Positions 8,412 to 18,792 of a stretch of 56,804 nt of DNA are shown in pieces. Both the position numbers and the translations under genes were made by a program. The stretch spans positions 1-56,804 of the forward strand of contig JALRFY010000248.1 of the NCBI GenBank assembly GCA_023253625.1. Direction: 5' to 3'. Below the pieces are notes generated by a model. That model saw only the letters and a program-made list of their open reading frames with translations. It did no database searches and was not told the origin of the DNA. The DNA is from Akkermansiaceae bacterium. GTDB lineage: Bacteria > Verrucomicrobiota > Verrucomicrobiia > Verrucomicrobiales > Akkermansiaceae. Position 1 is the first letter of the stretch, and every line of letters starts with the position of its first letter.

Positions 8412-9905
8412 CTACTCGACCACCGGCTTGAGCGGGGCCGCGGAATCCTTCGACTCCACCGGATATTGTGCGCCGGCATCATCGAGCGCCTGGATCATCG
8501 AGGCGATCATGCGCTTGCGGACCTCGGGCATTTCCTGCGCGAGGTCGCGCTGCTCGGAGCGGTCCTCGGCGAGGTTGAACAGTTCGCAACGTTTGCCGGC
8601 GGGCTTGGTATAGTGGTAGATAAGCTTCCAGTCGCCCTTGCGATAGACGGTGAAGTAGCTGCTGCGGTGGGGATGCGGGAAATGCATCAGCCACTCGGCC
8701 TCGCGGTCGAGCTTTCCGCCGGCCAGCGCGGGGGCCAGATTGTCGCCATCGATCGGCTGCCGGTATTCCACGCCAGCGAGCTTCAGCAAGGTCGGGAAAA
8801 TGTCGGTGACGTCGGCGGCTTGGCGGCTGAGCGTGCCGGCCGTGATGGGGAGGCGCTGCTGGAGCGGGTGCCCCGGATCCGGTTTCGCCCAGCCGGCGAT
8901 GAAGGGGACACGCATGCCGCCTTCGTAGTGGGTGCCCTTCTTGCCGCGCAACGGGGCCGAGCTGGCCACTTCATGGTCCCGGCCGAGCGGGGCGTCGCTG
9001 CCGTTGTCGCCTAGAAAAAGACACAATGTTTCCTCGGCGACACCCAGTTGCCCGAGGTGGTCGAGGATGTGGCCGACCGAGGCGTCCATGTTTTCGATCA
9101 TGGTGGCGAAGGCCTTGGCATTTTTCGGTACATCAGCTCCGGCGTAGTGGTCGAGATACCGGTGGTTCGGCTGGAAGGGAGCGTGAACGGCGTAATAGGC
9201 CATGTAGGCGAAGAAGGGCTTGCCGCCGGCGACCGCATCGCCGATGGCGCGGTTCATTTCCATGGTCAGTGCCTCGGTCAGGTAGATGTCCTTGCCATGG
9301 TATGATTCCAAATCCGGCACCGCCCGTTGCTTGTTGCCCTTGATCCAGCCGAATCCGTCCTTGCCATAATAACTGCCCGGCTGGCCGTAAGAGCAGCCGC
9401 CGATGTTGACATCGAATCCGAAGTTGGCCGGGAACTCACCGAAAGCGCCGATCGGGCCAAAGTGTGCCTTGCCGACATGGATGGTCCGGTATCCCGCGCC
9501 CTTCAGCAGGCCGGGCAGCGTCTGGTCCTCCCGGGTGATGCCCTCCCACCGCCATTCCGGCGGGCCTTGAGGGCCGCGGTTGTTTCCCTCGGAGCGGATC
9601 CACTGGGTGCTATGATGGCGGGCCGAACTCTGGCCGGTCATGATCGAGATCCGCGTCGGCGAGCAGACGCTGTTCGCGTAGAAGGTCTCGAACCGGATCC
9701 CTTGCTTGGCCAGCCGCTCCATCGACGGCGTGCGGTAGAGTCGGTTGAGCGGGTGGGTTTCCGGCTCACCGTCCTTGGCGGCAAGGAACGGAACGGAGCT
9801 GTCCATCAAGCCCATGTCATCCACCAGAAAAACGAGCAGGTTCGGGCGCTCGGCGGCGGACGCGAAAAGCGTGAGGGCGAGAATGAAACAGGCAAGGTGT
9901 CGCAT
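8412..9905 (-). CDS. Secreted arylsulfatase-family sulfatase
   Basis: Signal peptide, RPNLLVFLVDDMG, CSPTR (CxPxR), GKAH, GDNG, YEGG.RVP. Confidence 0.94.
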   Translation of the reverse strand: MRHLACFILALTLFASAAERPNLLVFLVDDMGLMDSSVPFLAAKDGEPETHPLNRLYRTPSMERLAKQGIRFETFYANSVCSPTRISIMTGQSSARHHSTQWIRSEGNNRGPQGPPEWRWEGITREDQTLPGLLKGAGYRTIHVGKAHFGPIGAFGEFPANFGFDVNIGGCSYGQPGSYYGKDGFGWIKGNKQRAVPDLESYHGKDIYLTEALTMEMNRAIGDAVAGGKPFFAYMAYYAVHAPFQPNHRYLDHYAGADVPKNAKAFATMIENMDASVGHILDHLGQLGVAEETLCLFLGDNGSDAPLGRDHEVASSAPLRGKKGTHYEGGMRVPFIAGWAKPDPGHPLQQRLPITAGTLSRQAADVTDIFPTLLKLAGVEYRQPIDGDNLAPALAGGKLDREAEWLMHFPHPHRSSYFTVYRKGDWKLIYHYTKPAGKRCELFNLAEDRSEQRDLAQEMPEVRKRMIASMIQALDDAGAQYPVESKDSAAPLKPVVE

Positions 9906-10029
9906 GAGCGTGGTATCTACGCCTCTTCGGCGGCGGTGCTGTCAGCAGGCGCACGGTCCTCCTGGTGCTGCGCAAGACGCATTTGCCAGCCGCTTGCCGT
10001 GAAGCCGGCAATCTGAAACGCTCCCCCGC

Positions 10030-10872
10030 ATGCGCGATTCCACCTCGAACCTGCTGATGCTGCTCACGCTGGCTGCGGCGGCGGGCATGGTGGGATATGT
10101 GTTGTGGCGGGAGACCGAGGAAGCGCCGCGCGGGAAGATCGGCTTCCAGGATGCGGACACGCCATTGGCCATGCCGGCTGCCGGCACGCCGGACTATCGG
10201 ATCCAGATGCTGCCGGCCTGGCAGGCCGCGCGGGTGCCCACCGCCTTGCGTTTCGATCCACCAATGGGCTCGGAACACGCGGCACTCACCTACAACGCCC
10301 AAAAATTCTGGGAGATGAACGAAAAACGCGGCGGTCATCACACCGGCGACGACCTCAACGGCATCGGCGGCATGGACAGCGACCTCGGCGATCCCGTTTT
10401 CTCGGTGGCCGACGGCTTGGTCATCTACGCCGGCGAGCCATCCAGCGGCTGGGGCAACACCCTCATCATCGCCCATCGCGCCGCCGACGGACGCATGCTG
10501 CACTCGATGTATTCCCATCTCGACCGCATCGAGGTCGCGCGCAATCAAATCGTTTCGCGTGGCAAGCGGATCGGCACGGTGGGCACCGGAAATGACAACT
10601 ATCCGGCCCATTTGCATTTCGAGATCCGTGAAAGCCATGGCGTGGACATCGGCGCGGGCTATACGCTGCATCCGCTCAATCACCTCGACCCGACCACCGC
10701 GATCTCTGAATGGCGCGGCGCGGCCGGAAGCGACATTTCCCCCTCGCCGCTGGCCGTGGCGCTCTCAGCCGCTATGCCATGGACCTCGCTGGAAATCCGC
10801 GGCGCAGAAAAATTCACCGGGCTGCCAAACGGAACAGAAGCTGGCGAGCGGGATCCCGGTGGCAAGGAATGA
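10030..10872 (+). CDS. M23 family metallopeptidase
   Basis: HTGDD (HxxxD), YSHL, HLHFEIR, N-terminal TM segment. Confidence 0.9.
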   Translation: MRDSTSNLLMLLTLAAAAGMVGYVLWRETEEAPRGKIGFQDADTPLAMPAAGTPDYRIQMLPAWQAARVPTALRFDPPMGSEHAALTYNAQKFWEMNEKRGGHHTGDDLNGIGGMDSDLGDPVFSVADGLVIYAGEPSSGWGNTLIIAHRAADGRMLHSMYSHLDRIEVARNQIVSRGKRIGTVGTGNDNYPAHLHFEIRESHGVDIGAGYTLHPLNHLDPTTAISEWRGAAGSDISPSPLAVALSAAMPWTSLEIRGAEKFTGLPNGTEAGERDPGGKE

Positions 10873-10919
10873 GTGGACCAGCCTGAGTCCACCCGCGAGC
10901 GCATCCCTGCCCATAGGGA

Positions 10920-13730
10920 TCAACGATTCAATGCCGCATCGAGATTGAGCAAGGTGTTGGCGACGAGGATGAGCGCGGCGGTTTCCGGATTGGAGTCGGG
11001 GGCGAGCGAGGCGGCGAGCTTGGGATCGGCGCGGTATTCGGTGGTGGCGTCGCGAAGCAGGGCGGCGAGTTCGGTGAGCATCGCATCGTCCGCTTCACGC
11101 TGGGTGACAAGGCGGACGCCGTGGGCGAGGCGCGCGGTGGGATCGGCGGAATGTTCCGCCATGCGTGCGGCGAGGCCTTGCGCGGCCTCGATGTGGGCGG
11201 GGTCGTTGAGAGTGACGAGCGCCTGCAGCGGGGTGTTGCTGGCGATGCGGCGCGCGGAGCAGGCATCGCGCGCTGTTGCATCGAAGGTGATGAAGGCGGG
11301 ATGAGCGCTGGTGCGTTTGTGATAGGTATAAATCGCGCGGCGCAGGCGGTCCTCGCCGTCGGATTCCTTCCATTTCGCTCCGCTGTAAACACTCTTCCAC
11401 ACGCCGTCCGGCTGCGGCGGGAAAACCGACGGACCGAACTGCTTGGGCGAGAGCAGCCCGGCTGCTGCGAGCGACTGGTCACGGATCATCTCCGCCTTTA
11501 GACGAACGCGCGGACCGCGGGCGAGCAGGCGGTTTTCCGGATCGCGTCCGGCGAGGTCGGCGGATGCGCGGTGCGTCTGGCCGTAGGTGGCGGAGAGCAC
11601 GATCTCGCGCAGCATCGATTTGATCGACCAGTTGTGATGGTCGCGCAGGCGCAGCGCAAGGTGATCCAGCAATTCAGGGTGCGTTGGTGCTTCGCCGGAG
11701 CTGCCGAAGTCTTCCAGTGAGCGGACGATGCCGGTGCCGAACAGTTCCGCCCACAGGCGGTTGGCAAGCACCCGCGCGGCAAGCGGGTTGTCCGGGCCGA
11801 CAAGCCAGCGCGCCATGTCGAGGCGGGTTGCGAACTCCTGGTTTTTTCCGCCGAGGAACAGGGCGGGCATGCCGGGTGAAACGGTGTCCTCCTTCGACAA
11901 GCGGTTGCCGCGGGCGAAGAGGCGCGTCTCGCGCGGCGCGGGGCCGGGGCGCTCGATCATCACCGGGACGAGCGTGCCGGGAATCGCCTGGTATTGTTTT
12001 CGCAAGTCCGCGAGTTCGGCATGGCGAGCAACGCGGGCAGGGTCAGCGGCAAGCGTGGTCCAGCGCGGGTCGTTGGAAATATCAATGGCGTAATTGCGCA
12101 GCGGAGTGGCCTGTGAGCCGGTGGTTTCGGCGTGTTGCTTGAGATGAATGGCGAGGCGCGATCCGGAGGCGGGATCGAGCGGCGCGGCTGGCACGAAGAC
12201 CGCCCAGCGAGGACCCTCGAGTTTGGGATAGCCGCCAACGTTTCCACCGGGCGTTGGTTCCTTTGGGCCATCGATCCGATCCACGAAGACTTCCTTCATT
12301 GTCAACGGCACGGATTTCCCGCCCGGCTCCAACAACCTGGCCTCGAAGTGAGAGGCGAAGGACCCGCGCTCTGGCCATTTCGCAGGGTCTTCGGAATCCG
12401 GCAGGATGCGCAGGCGGATGGCGCTGAGTGGCACGGCGGCACCTTCCAGATCGTGGTGGCTTCTGGTCGGCTGGGTGCCGGTGAAACGCATGACGGCATC
12501 ATCATCCAACGCCAGCGCTCCATGGGCCGGCTTGAGGACATCGGGCCGGAACGGCTGCCAATCCGCATCGCCGAGGCCGCCATCCCGATTGAGCGAGTCG
12601 CGAAGTTCGCGGATGCGGGTTTCCAGCGCCGATGCGGTTTCGCGCTGCGCGGGATCGTTGGCGATTTTCATCCGCGGAAAATCGTCGTCTTGGTCGCAAT
12701 CAAGCGTGTTGTTGAAGAAAGCGGTGAATTGATAGAACTCCTCGTGCGAAACGCCCTCATACGGGTGGGCGTGGCACTGGATGCAGCCGAAAGTGAAGCC
12801 CTGCCAGGCAGTCCAGGTGGTGGCGACGCGATCGAGCAAGGCGGCGACGCGGAATTCCTCGTCATCGGTGCCACCCTCGGTGTTGTTCATCGTGTTGCGG
12901 TGGAAGGCAGTGGCGAGCCGCTGGTCGGCGGTGGCGTCCGGAATAAGGTCGCCGGCAAGCTGTTCGATGGTGAATTGGTCGTATGGCATGTCCGCGTTGA
13001 ACGCGCGGATCACCCAATCGCGCCATGGCCAGATGTTGCGGTGCGGGTCCTTCTCGAAGCCGTAGGTATCCGAGTAGCGCGCGAGGTCGAGCCACACCGC
13101 AGCCCAACGCTCGCCGTAGGCGGGCGAAGCGAGCAGGCGCTCCACCGCATCGCGGCGTGCCACGTCGGAATCCGCGGCGTCTTGCTTGAGAAACGCGGAC
13201 ATCTCGGCGGGCGATGGCGGCAGGCCTGTGAGATCGAAACTCGCACGGCGCAGCCATTCCTCCGGCGGCGCGGCGGGAGAAGGTGTGAGCTTCTCCTTTT
13301 TCAGCCGATCGAGCACGAAATGGTCCATCGGCACCCTGGGCCAGGCCTTGTCCGCAGCGGCGGGAAGTTCCGGCTCCACGGGTTTTTCAAAAGCCCAGTG
13401 CTCGCGCCACTGCGCGCCTTCGCGGATCCAGCGCTCGATCATGGCCGCCTCCACGGTGGCGAGCGGCGGCCCGTGCTTCGGCTGCGGCATCACTTCATCC
13501 GGATCAGTGCTGCGGATGCGGCGCAGCATTTCCGAATTCGCCGGATCTCCCGGAACAATCGCCCGCTTGCCGGAATCGCCGGTGCCGAGCGCGAGGTCGC
13601 GCGAGAGGAACGACAGCCCGCCCGCCTGTTTCACGCCGCCATGGCAGGCGGTGCAGTGCTTGGTGAGGATCGGGCGGATGTCACGGTTGAAATCGGCCGG
13701 CGCCTCCGCCAGCGCGGCGGAGGCGGCCAT
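10920..13730 (-). CDS. Planctomycete cytochrome c + DUF1549/DUF1553 (PSD1) protein
   Basis: DFNRDIRPIL..HCTACHG, WLDLARY.DT, CIQCH.HP, PTHPELLD.LA, NTPLQAL. Start uncertain; the ORF-track extension to 13922 is probably non-coding. Confidence 0.9.
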   Translation of the reverse strand: MAASAALAEAPADFNRDIRPILTKHCTACHGGVKQAGGLSFLSRDLALGTGDSGKRAIVPGDPANSEMLRRIRSTDPDEVMPQPKHGPPLATVEAAMIERWIREGAQWREHWAFEKPVEPELPAAADKAWPRVPMDHFVLDRLKKEKLTPSPAAPPEEWLRRASFDLTGLPPSPAEMSAFLKQDAADSDVARRDAVERLLASPAYGERWAAVWLDLARYSDTYGFEKDPHRNIWPWRDWVIRAFNADMPYDQFTIEQLAGDLIPDATADQRLATAFHRNTMNNTEGGTDDEEFRVAALLDRVATTWTAWQGFTFGCIQCHAHPYEGVSHEEFYQFTAFFNNTLDCDQDDDFPRMKIANDPAQRETASALETRIRELRDSLNRDGGLGDADWQPFRPDVLKPAHGALALDDDAVMRFTGTQPTRSHHDLEGAAVPLSAIRLRILPDSEDPAKWPERGSFASHFEARLLEPGGKSVPLTMKEVFVDRIDGPKEPTPGGNVGGYPKLEGPRWAVFVPAAPLDPASGSRLAIHLKQHAETTGSQATPLRNYAIDISNDPRWTTLAADPARVARHAELADLRKQYQAIPGTLVPVMIERPGPAPRETRLFARGNRLSKEDTVSPGMPALFLGGKNQEFATRLDMARWLVGPDNPLAARVLANRLWAELFGTGIVRSLEDFGSSGEAPTHPELLDHLALRLRDHHNWSIKSMLREIVLSATYGQTHRASADLAGRDPENRLLARGPRVRLKAEMIRDQSLAAAGLLSPKQFGPSVFPPQPDGVWKSVYSGAKWKESDGEDRLRRAIYTYHKRTSAHPAFITFDATARDACSARRIASNTPLQALVTLNDPAHIEAAQGLAARMAEHSADPTARLAHGVRLVTQREADDAMLTELAALLRDATTEYRADPKLAASLAPDSNPETAALILVANTLLNLDAALNR

Positions 13731-13792
13731 CACCGGAGATAACAGGATCCGGATGGGACAACTGACAGTCCAACCAATGGAAGGTTGCTTGA

Positions 13793-13892
13793 AACTGCGG
13801 ATTCCACCGATTGCAGATGAGTGGAATGAAATGAAGCGGATCAACTCCGGAATCCTCCGTGCGATCCTTTCAAATCCGTGAAACCTGCGGTT
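13793..13892. repeat. Degenerate 20-bp inverted repeat
   Basis: AACTGCGGATTCCACCGATT (13793-13812) matches the reverse complement of 13873-13892 (AACCGCAGGTTTCACGGATT) at 15 of 20 nt. Confidence 0.45.
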
Positions 13893-13939
13893 GAAATCCC
13901 TTCTCATCTGCTTCCGAGCCATGTTTGTTAGAGAGGCCC

Positions 13940-15400
13940 TTACACAAAAAGATCCTTCACCACCTTGGCGGGTTCAACGCCGGTGAGGCGTTGATCGAGG
14001 CCTTGGAACTTGTAGTTGAGGCGTTCATGTTCGAGGCCGAGTGCATGAAGGATGGTGGCGTGGAGGTCGCGGATATGGACGGGCTTGTCGGCGATGTTAT
14101 AGGACATCTCGTCGGTTTCGCCGTGAACTTGGCCACCCTTGACGCCGCCACCGGCCATCCACATGCTGAAGCAGCGCGGGTGGTGGTCGCGGCCGTAGTC
14201 GGTCTCGGTGAGCCTGCCCTGGCAATAGACGGTGCGGCCGAACTCTCCGCCCCAGATGACGAGGGTGTCCTCGAGCATGCCGCGGCGCTTGAGGTCCTGG
14301 ATCAGGCCGTAGCAGCCCTGATCGACGTCCTTGCACTGTGAGGCGAGGTCGCGCGGCAGGGTGCCGTGCTGGTCCCAGCCGCGGTGGAAGATTTGGACGA
14401 AGCGCACGCCGCGCTCGAGCAGGCGGCGGGCCATCAGCGCGGAGTTGGCGAAGGTGCCGCGCTTCTTGCTGTCCTCGCCGTAGAGGTCGTAAGTGGCCTC
14501 GCTTTCGCCCGAGAGATCGGTGAGTTCCGGCACGGAAGACTGCATGCGGAAAGCCATCTCATATTGCTGCATGCGCAGCTCGATTTCCGGGTCGCCCACG
14601 TCGGCGAACGAGCGCTGGTTGAGCTTGTTCAGTCCATCGATCATCGTGCGGCGCGTCTCGCGGTCGATGCCCGGTGTGTCCTTGAGGAAAAGCACCGGAT
14701 CGCCGAGTGAGCGCAGCGCCACACCCGAGTGGCGGCCGGGCAGGAAACCGGCGCTCCATAGCCGCGACGAGATCGCCTGCACGTTGGCGTGTGGCGAGCT
14801 GTGGGTGGCATGCAACACCACGAACGATGGAAGTTCCTCATTCATCGAGCCGAGGCCGTAGGACAGCCACGAACCGATCGATGCCTTGCCGTTCTGCATC
14901 GAGCCGGTGTAAATGAGCTGGTTGGCGGGCTCGTGGTTGATGGCGTCGGTGTGCATCGATTTGATGATGCAGAGGTCGTCCACCATCTTCGCATGCCATG
15001 GCAGCAACTCGCTGACCCACGCACCGGACTGGCCGTGTTGCGCGAACTTGAAGATCGAGGGCGCGAGGGGAAACGCGGCCTGCCCGGAGGTCATGCCTGT
15101 GAGCCGCTCGCCCTGCTCCGCGAGCCAGGTTTTCAGGTCCTCCTTGAAGCGCTTCTGCAACTCGGGCTTGTAATCGAACAAGTCGATTTGCGAGGGCGCG
15201 CCGATCAATGAGATATAAATCGCGCGTTTCGCCTTGGGCGCGACGTGCGGCAGTGGATTACCAAACGCGGCCAGGCTTTCGCCGAGGCTCTGGCGGCCCA
15301 GCAAGGAACCCAGCGCGGCCATGCCGAGCCCCATGCCGGATTTGCGGAAAAACTGCCGGCGCGAGTAAGCGGTGTTGTGGTATTCGATGAGCGGGTTCAT
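13940..15400 (-). CDS. DUF1501 protein with a twin-arginine-like N-terminus
   Basis: [55 protein letters not shown]. Start moved to 15400. Confidence 0.93.
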   Translation of the reverse strand: MNPLIEYHNTAYSRRQFFRKSGMGLGMAALGSLLGRQSLGESLAAFGNPLPHVAPKAKRAIYISLIGAPSQIDLFDYKPELQKRFKEDLKTWLAEQGERLTGMTSGQAAFPLAPSIFKFAQHGQSGAWVSELLPWHAKMVDDLCIIKSMHTDAINHEPANQLIYTGSMQNGKASIGSWLSYGLGSMNEELPSFVVLHATHSSPHANVQAISSRLWSAGFLPGRHSGVALRSLGDPVLFLKDTPGIDRETRRTMIDGLNKLNQRSFADVGDPEIELRMQQYEMAFRMQSSVPELTDLSGESEATYDLYGEDSKKRGTFANSALMARRLLERGVRFVQIFHRGWDQHGTLPRDLASQCKDVDQGCYGLIQDLKRRGMLEDTLVIWGGEFGRTVYCQGRLTETDYGRDHHPRCFSMWMAGGGVKGGQVHGETDEMSYNIADKPVHIRDLHATILHALGLEHERLNYKFQGLDQRLTGVEPAKVVKDLFV

Positions 15401-15410
15401 GGCACGGGAT

Positions 15411-18400
15411 TCAGCGGGTGACGGTTTCGTCGAGGTTGAAGATCTTGCTGACGATGATGGTCCAGGCGGCGAGTTCGGATGGATCGAGGCCTTCGGGCGC
15501 CGGTGATTCGCCGGCGGAAATGAGCTTGGCGGCTTCCTCGGGTTTGGCGCTGTAAGTCTTGCGCACCGTTGCGAGGGTTTCATCCACGATGGCGCGTTCG
15601 TCTGGATCGAGCGTGCGTGCGAGCAGCCGCTTGGTGATGAAATCGATGCGCGCTTCCGTGTCGGAAGACTCGCGGATGGCGCGCGCGGCCAGTTCGCGCG
15701 AAGCTTCGACGAACTGGGGATCATTCATCAAGGCCAGCGCCTGCAGCGGCGTGTTGGTGCGCTCGCGGCGGACACAGAATTTTTCGCGGCTCGGCGCGTT
15801 GAGGATTTCCATGGTGGCCGGCGGCGCGGTGCGTTTCCAGAAGGTATAGATCGAGCGGCGGTAGAGCGCCTCACCAGTGTCCTGCTTGTAATGGCGGGTA
15901 TTGGACTGCGGCATGGCCACGGCTTCCCAGATGCCTTCCGGCTGATAGGGCTTGACCGGCGGGCCGCCAACCTTGTCCGACAGCATACCTGAAGCGGCGA
16001 GTGCGAGGTCGCGCAGCGGCTCGGCATCCAGCCGCACGCGTGGCGCCCGGGAAAGCAGGCGGTTGTGAATGTCGCGCTCGAGCTTCTCCGGCGTGATATC
16101 GGCCGACTGTCGGTAAGTGGCGGAGGTCACCATCAGCTTCACCATGTGGCGGTGGTTCCATTTCGAATCGATGAACTCCGAGGCCAGCCAATCGAGCAAC
16201 AGCGGATGGCTGGGACGCGCGCCCATGATGCCGAAGTCGTCATTGGTCTCGACGATGCCGGTGCCGAAAATCTGATACCACACGCGGTTCATCGTCACGC
16301 GCGCCGGCATCGGGTTGGCCGGGTCGTTGAGCCACTTGGCCAGGCTGAGCCGGTTTTTCGGCATGCCCTCCGGCATCGGCGGCAGGATGGCGGGTGTGTC
16401 GGGCGTGACGCGCTTGCCCTTGTCCGAATAGACGCCGCGGTTGAGCACGTGGGCGAAGGGCTCGCTGCCCTTTTCATCCATCACCAGCGAGACGGATCCG
16501 CGGGCGCGCAATTGCGATTGCTCGGTCTTCAAGCTATCCAGCTTCGCCGCAAGCTCGCGCGAGACGCCGTCGATATTGGCGATGAAATACTGATAGAGTG
16601 TATCGATCTGCTGCTTGCTGCGCTGATCCGCGGGCAGCGAGGCAATGTGATTGAGCATCGCGGTTTCCGAAAGCGTCTTGATTTGCTCCGGGTCGAGCAG
16701 GCGGCGGTAGAAGCGGAAATCCTGCAGCGCGACCTTGCCGCCGGTCAGCATGAACTCACCGGCCTCGCGCGCGCCGATCCTGAGCGGCGCGTTGGACTCG
16801 ATGTTGCCGCCGACCGTATTGGGGGCGGTCTCGTTGGCCACTTGTTTGCCATCGATGTAGATCTTGTGCGCCTGATGTCCGGAAACCGAACCATCGAAAG
16901 TGACCATCACGTGCTGCCATTTCCCAGCTTCAAGTGGCTTGCCAGCGATGGCCTTGTTGGCCGCCTTATCCCAGGAGTCGATCACATGACTGCCGGGGCG
17001 GCCGCCTTCGAGGAACAAGTCCCAGCCGCGGCGCGAATCGCCGGATGTCATGCGTGCGATCACCGCACCGGTCGGCTGTCCCTCGATGCGGATGAAGCCG
17101 CCGTAGCTCACGCGGTCGCTGCGGGAAAACGAGCCGATGTCACCCAGGTCAACCGAGGCACCGCTGATGTCCGGTGCCTTGCCGAACGGCGCGTCAATGA
17201 ACGGAAGTTTCACATCCCACTCGCGAGGCTGGCCATCCACCGTGCCACGGACCGGACCATCGGCGTTGGCCAACGGAAGGTGGATCGATAGCGTCGAATC
17301 GATCTCGCGCGAGGGTGCCACGCAGGCATTGGCGAACCAGCTCTCGAAATCACCGCGGGCATTCGTCGTGCGGTCGGCGGCTTGTTTTTCAAGATTGGCG
17401 ATTTCCTTTTCCAACTCGCTCCAGCGCGAGCGGTCCTCGTGTAGCGGAACAAACACATTCGGCGGATGGTCGGCTTTGTTGCGGTCCATTGCATTCATGC
17501 TGGTGTTGCGGAAAAAGGCGGTAAGCGAGTAAAACTCGTCGATCGAGACCGGATCGAACTTGTGATCATGGCAGGCTGCGCAACTGGTGGTGAGCCCGAG
17601 CCAGATGGCGGAAACGGTTTCCACGCGGTCCTGGGCATAAATCATCTCGTATTCCTCGGCGATCGCCCCGCCCTCGCCGGTGGTAGCAAGGCAGCGCGAG
17701 AATCCGGTGGCCACGAGCTGGTCGAGCGTGCGGTCGGGCAGCATGTCGCCGGCAATTTGTTCGAGCGTGAACTGGTCCCACGGCATGTTCGCATGGAAGG
17801 CGCGCACCACCCAATCGCGATACGGCCAGATGGCGCGGTAGTTGTCGATGTGGATGCCGTGGGTATCGGCATAGCGCGCGGCATCCAGCCAGAACCGCGC
17901 GAAATGCTCGGCACCCGCCATCGATGCGAGCAATTCATCCGCCGCCCCGGCAACCGCAGCATCCGGATCCTCCGCGTGTCTTTTCACGAATGCCTCGACC
18001 TGCTCCGGCGCAGGCGGCAAGCCGGTCAGGTCGAGATGCAGCCGCCGGAAAAAACGCCGCGGCTCCTCCGGCGGATTCGGCGCGAGGCCGACTTCATCGA
18101 GTTTGGCGGCGATAAAACGATCGATCGGATTCGCGGCCCAGCCATTGCCCGCGGCCGGCGGCTCAGGGCGCGTGATTGGCATGAAAGACCAGTGCGGCTG
18201 ATATTCCGCACCCTGCTCAATCCATCGCCGGATCACTGCGATTTCCTCCTGCGTCATTGTCTTGTGGCTGGCTGGCGGCGGCATCACCACATCCGGGTCC
18301 TCGGAAAGCATCAGCTTCATGACGAGCGATTCGTTCGGATTGCCCTTCACAATCACCGGAATGCCGTTTTCGCGTGGCATGAAAGCGTCTTCGGGCCTGT

Positions 18401-18653
18401 CAAACCTCAGCGGCGCGTCCTTTGGCTCGCGCGTTCCCGAGTCCGGACCGTGGCAATGGTAGCAGTATTCCGAGAGGATCGGCTGGACGTGATCGTTGAA
18501 TGACACGATCTCGGGCAAGGCATCCTTGGCCGCGTATTTCGCCTCCGGATCATTCGAAGCGGAGGCCCCGCCAGGCACAAGAGCCTGCGGTGAATCGCAG
18601 GCCGCCATGGCGAAACAACTCAACAGGATTGCGTGAAATCGATTGGCTTTCAT
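15411..18653 (-). CDS. Lipoprotein with PSCyt1 cytochrome c, DUF1549, LamG-like and DUF1553 domains
   Basis: Lipobox-like [48 protein letters not shown] (LamG-like), NTPLQAL. Confidence 0.92.
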   Translation of the reverse strand: MKANRFHAILLSCFAMAACDSPQALVPGGASASNDPEAKYAAKDALPEIVSFNDHVQPILSEYCYHCHGPDSGTREPKDAPLRFDRPEDAFMPRENGIPVIVKGNPNESLVMKLMLSEDPDVVMPPPASHKTMTQEEIAVIRRWIEQGAEYQPHWSFMPITRPEPPAAGNGWAANPIDRFIAAKLDEVGLAPNPPEEPRRFFRRLHLDLTGLPPAPEQVEAFVKRHAEDPDAAVAGAADELLASMAGAEHFARFWLDAARYADTHGIHIDNYRAIWPYRDWVVRAFHANMPWDQFTLEQIAGDMLPDRTLDQLVATGFSRCLATTGEGGAIAEEYEMIYAQDRVETVSAIWLGLTTSCAACHDHKFDPVSIDEFYSLTAFFRNTSMNAMDRNKADHPPNVFVPLHEDRSRWSELEKEIANLEKQAADRTTNARGDFESWFANACVAPSREIDSTLSIHLPLANADGPVRGTVDGQPREWDVKLPFIDAPFGKAPDISGASVDLGDIGSFSRSDRVSYGGFIRIEGQPTGAVIARMTSGDSRRGWDLFLEGGRPGSHVIDSWDKAANKAIAGKPLEAGKWQHVMVTFDGSVSGHQAHKIYIDGKQVANETAPNTVGGNIESNAPLRIGAREAGEFMLTGGKVALQDFRFYRRLLDPEQIKTLSETAMLNHIASLPADQRSKQQIDTLYQYFIANIDGVSRELAAKLDSLKTEQSQLRARGSVSLVMDEKGSEPFAHVLNRGVYSDKGKRVTPDTPAILPPMPEGMPKNRLSLAKWLNDPANPMPARVTMNRVWYQIFGTGIVETNDDFGIMGARPSHPLLLDWLASEFIDSKWNHRHMVKLMVTSATYRQSADITPEKLERDIHNRLLSRAPRVRLDAEPLRDLALAASGMLSDKVGGPPVKPYQPEGIWEAVAMPQSNTRHYKQDTGEALYRRSIYTFWKRTAPPATMEILNAPSREKFCVRRERTNTPLQALALMNDPQFVEASRELAARAIRESSDTEARIDFITKRLLARTLDPDERAIVDETLATVRKTYSAKPEEAAKLISAGESPAPEGLDPSELAAWTIIVSKIFNLDETVTR

Positions 18654-18792
18654 TCCGGTCATCAGTGCAGGCATACGCTATGGTGATTCTATTCTTTCGC
18701 AAGCAGGCTGCGCGGCGGACAGAATATTCAGGCGGGACCGGATTCATCGCGTGAAAAGAACCCGCACCGCGCCACGTATCACGCCCGATTCC

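Noticed and set aside
12132-13742. 536-aa plus-strand ORF and similar long antisense ORFs (6601-7605, 16065-17291, 39038-40180, 54254-55420)
   Set aside because: Shadow frames of well-supported genes, caused by high-GC codon bias. No motifs of their own.
13731-13922. N-terminal extension of the 1000-aa PSD1 ORF
   Set aside because: It runs through a lower-GC inverted-repeat gap and does not resemble a signal peptide.
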